This document shows positions 62,250 to 64,000 of a DNA stretch of 64,000 nucleotides, piece after piece. A model generated the notes under the pieces. It was given only the letters and a program-made list of their open reading frames with translations. It made no database searches and was not told the DNA's origin. The position numbers and the translations under genes were made by a program. Positions within the stretch are counted from its first letter, which is position 1. Every line of letters begins with the position of its first letter. This stretch comes from Gemmata sp. (GTDB lineage: Bacteria > Planctomycetota > Planctomycetia > Gemmatales > Gemmataceae): contig JALHNS010000003.1 in assembly GCA_022843445.1 (NCBI GenBank), forward strand, positions 164-64,163. Reading direction: 5' to 3'.

Positions 62250-63155
62250 ATGCTGAGCCGCCGCGAGTTGCTCGCCGCCCTGCCCTTCGCCTGTGCCACG
62301 TCGCGCGCGGCCGACCCGCCCGAGCCGCCCTTCGGCTTCAGCCTCTACGGAATGAAAGCCCTCGCGCTGCCGGACGCGCTCAAAGCGTGCGCCGAGATCG
62401 GCTATTCCGGGATCGAGTTCGCCCTCATGCCGGGCTACGCGGCCGAGCCGAAGGCGCTGACCGCCGACGCGCGCAAGGAGTTGCGCAAGCGGCTCGGCGG
62501 GTCCGGTCTCGCGGTGCTCGGGTTGATGGAAAACCTCTCCGAACCCGCGACCGACGCGGTTCACAAAACCAACCTCGAGCGCCTGAAGGCCGCGACCGAA
62601 CTCGCACACGCGCTCGCGCCGGGCGCGCCGCCGTGCGTCGAAAGCGTGCTCGGTGGCAAACCGGCCGAGTGGGACAACGTGAAGGAGAAACTCGCGGAGC
62701 GCCTCGGCGCGTGGGCCGAAGTGGGGCGCGCCGCGAAGGTGGTGATCGCGGTGAAGCCGCACGTTGCGAACGCGCTACACACCGTCGCCGGCGCGAAGTG
62801 GCTGTTAAAGGAAGTGAACAGCCCGTGGCTGCGGCTCGCGTTCGATTATTCGCACTTCGAACTGCGCGGGGTGAAACTCGCGGACGCGGTCAGCGAACTG
62901 ATGCCTGTGTCGGCGTTCGTCCACGTGAAGGACGCGAAGGGCACCGCCGACAAGTTCGAGTTCGTGCTGCCCGGTGCCGGAGCGACGGATTACGCGGCGT
63001 ACCGCAAACTTCTCGCGGAGGCGAAGTACGCGGGGCCGGTGGTGGTCGAAGTGAGCGGGCACGTGAGCGGCAAGCCGAACTACGACGCCGTGGCGGCGGC
63101 GAAGGCGAGCTTCGCGGCGCTCGCCCCCCAGTTCGCGCCCCGCGCGAAGCGCTAA
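62250..63155 (+). CDS. Sugar phosphate isomerase/epimerase (xylose isomerase-like TIM barrel)
   Basis: Tat-like SRREL; IGYSGIE; FDYSH; VHVKD; VVVE. Confidence 0.88.
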   Translation: MLSRRELLAALPFACATSRAADPPEPPFGFSLYGMKALALPDALKACAEIGYSGIEFALMPGYAAEPKALTADARKELRKRLGGSGLAVLGLMENLSEPATDAVHKTNLERLKAATELAHALAPGAPPCVESVLGGKPAEWDNVKEKLAERLGAWAEVGRAAKVVIAVKPHVANALHTVAGAKWLLKEVNSPWLRLAFDYSHFELRGVKLADAVSELMPVSAFVHVKDAKGTADKFEFVLPGAGATDYAAYRKLLAEAKYAGPVVVEVSGHVSGKPNYDAVAAAKASFAALAPQFAPRAKR

Positions 63156-63228
63156 CTGAATCGAGCGCGCGCCGCCCGCGCGCGGTTCCGCGCATTATGT
63201 TTGTAGCACAACCCACGGCGCACCCGCC

Positions 63229-64000
63229 ATGTCGTCGCTTCCCACACAGCCGACCGTCCCAGTACTCGGGCCGGTGTCCACGCCCGCCCCGCACGACGCC
63301 GGCGCGCCGACGCTGGTGAGCGACCGTCCGGTGGCACTCGCCGTGCTCGGCGCGCAACTGGCGCTCCCGGGCTACCGCATTCTGAGCGAGTTGGGCCGCG
63401 GCGGAATGGGCGTCGTGTACCGGGCCGTGCAACTGAACCTGAACCGGCTCGTCGCACTGAAGGTGGTTCTGGGCGGACCGCTGGCGAGCACCGAAGACAA
63501 GGCCCGGTTCCACATCGAAGCGGAAGCCGCGGCGCGCCTGCGGCACCCGAACGTGGTGCAGGTGTTCGACGTGGGCGAGTGGAACGGGTTCCAGTTCCTC
63601 GCGCTCGAACTGATCGAAGGGCCGAATTTGCGGCGCTGGCAGCGCGAGGAGCCGCTGCCCCCGCGCCGGGCCGCGGAACTGGTGGCCCAAGTGGCGCGCG
63701 CGATCCAGCACGCGCACGAGCACGGGATCGTACACCGCGACCTGAAGCCGGCGAACATCCTGCTCGCGTCGGTGCCGTCCGACGGCGCCAGCGCGCCGGA
63801 CCTCGTGCCGAAGGTGACGGACTTCGGCCTCGCCAAGCAGTTGGACGCGGGCGTCGATCTGACCGAAACCGGCGGCGCGTGCGGCACGCCGAATTACATG
63901 GCCCCGGAGCAGGTGCGCGGCGGGCCGGTCGGCCCCGCGGTCGACGTGTACGGCCTCGGCGCGCTGCTGTTCGAGCTGCTCACCGGGTGCCCGCCGTTCA
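63229..64000 (+). CDS. Ser/Thr protein kinase, partial (runs off window end)
   Basis: Read by hand (absent from the ORF track): LGRGGMGVVY, VALK, HRDLKPANIL, DFGLA, GTPNYMAPEQ. Confidence 0.95.
   Translation, partial: MSSLPTQPTVPVLGPVSTPAPHDAGAPTLVSDRPVALAVLGAQLALPGYRILSELGRGGMGVVYRAVQLNLNRLVALKVVLGGPLASTEDKARFHIEAEAAARLRHPNVVQVFDVGEWNGFQFLALELIEGPNLRRWQREEPLPPRRAAELVAQVARAIQHAHEHGIVHRDLKPANILLASVPSDGASAPDLVPKVTDFGLAKQLDAGVDLTETGGACGTPNYMAPEQVRGGPVGPAVDVYGLGALLFELLTGCPPF

Overview
GC-rich bacterial DNA from a planctomycete, most likely Gemmataceae. Evidence: DUF1501, DUF1549/DUF1553, BBP7-type beta-barrel, ECF-sigma/Ser-Thr kinase pair, LRR, WD40 and prepilin-type proteins. Positions 1 to ~36,445 are the right part of an integrated element whose left end lies outside the window. 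It carries a type I R-M operon (hsdM, hsdS, hsdR, M48/YgjP peptidase) with a small ORF plus a dCTP deaminase inserted between hsdS and hsdR. It also carries a Czc-type RND efflux cluster with DmeF, an arsenite-methyltransferase-like gene, a LysR regulator, a DNA-methyltransferase remnant, an AAA+ ATPase, an AEP-like replication protein, an ECF/kinase/GYF signalling block, an excisionase and a tyrosine integrase. The element appears to have inserted 16 codons into a Gfo/Idh/MocA oxidoreductase gene (36,442-36,492), not a tRNA gene. From ~36,700 the sequence looks like core genome with REP-type repeats. The strongest candidate for a new system is at 17,421-19,973. There the in-frame UGA of the ArsM-like gene falls at the conserved catalytic Cys position and is followed by a hairpin. 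Readthrough gives a ~506-aa putative selenoprotein fused to an MddA-type membrane methyltransferase, downstream of a LysR gene and a LysR-type box. All assignments are from motif recognition by eye; no searches were run.
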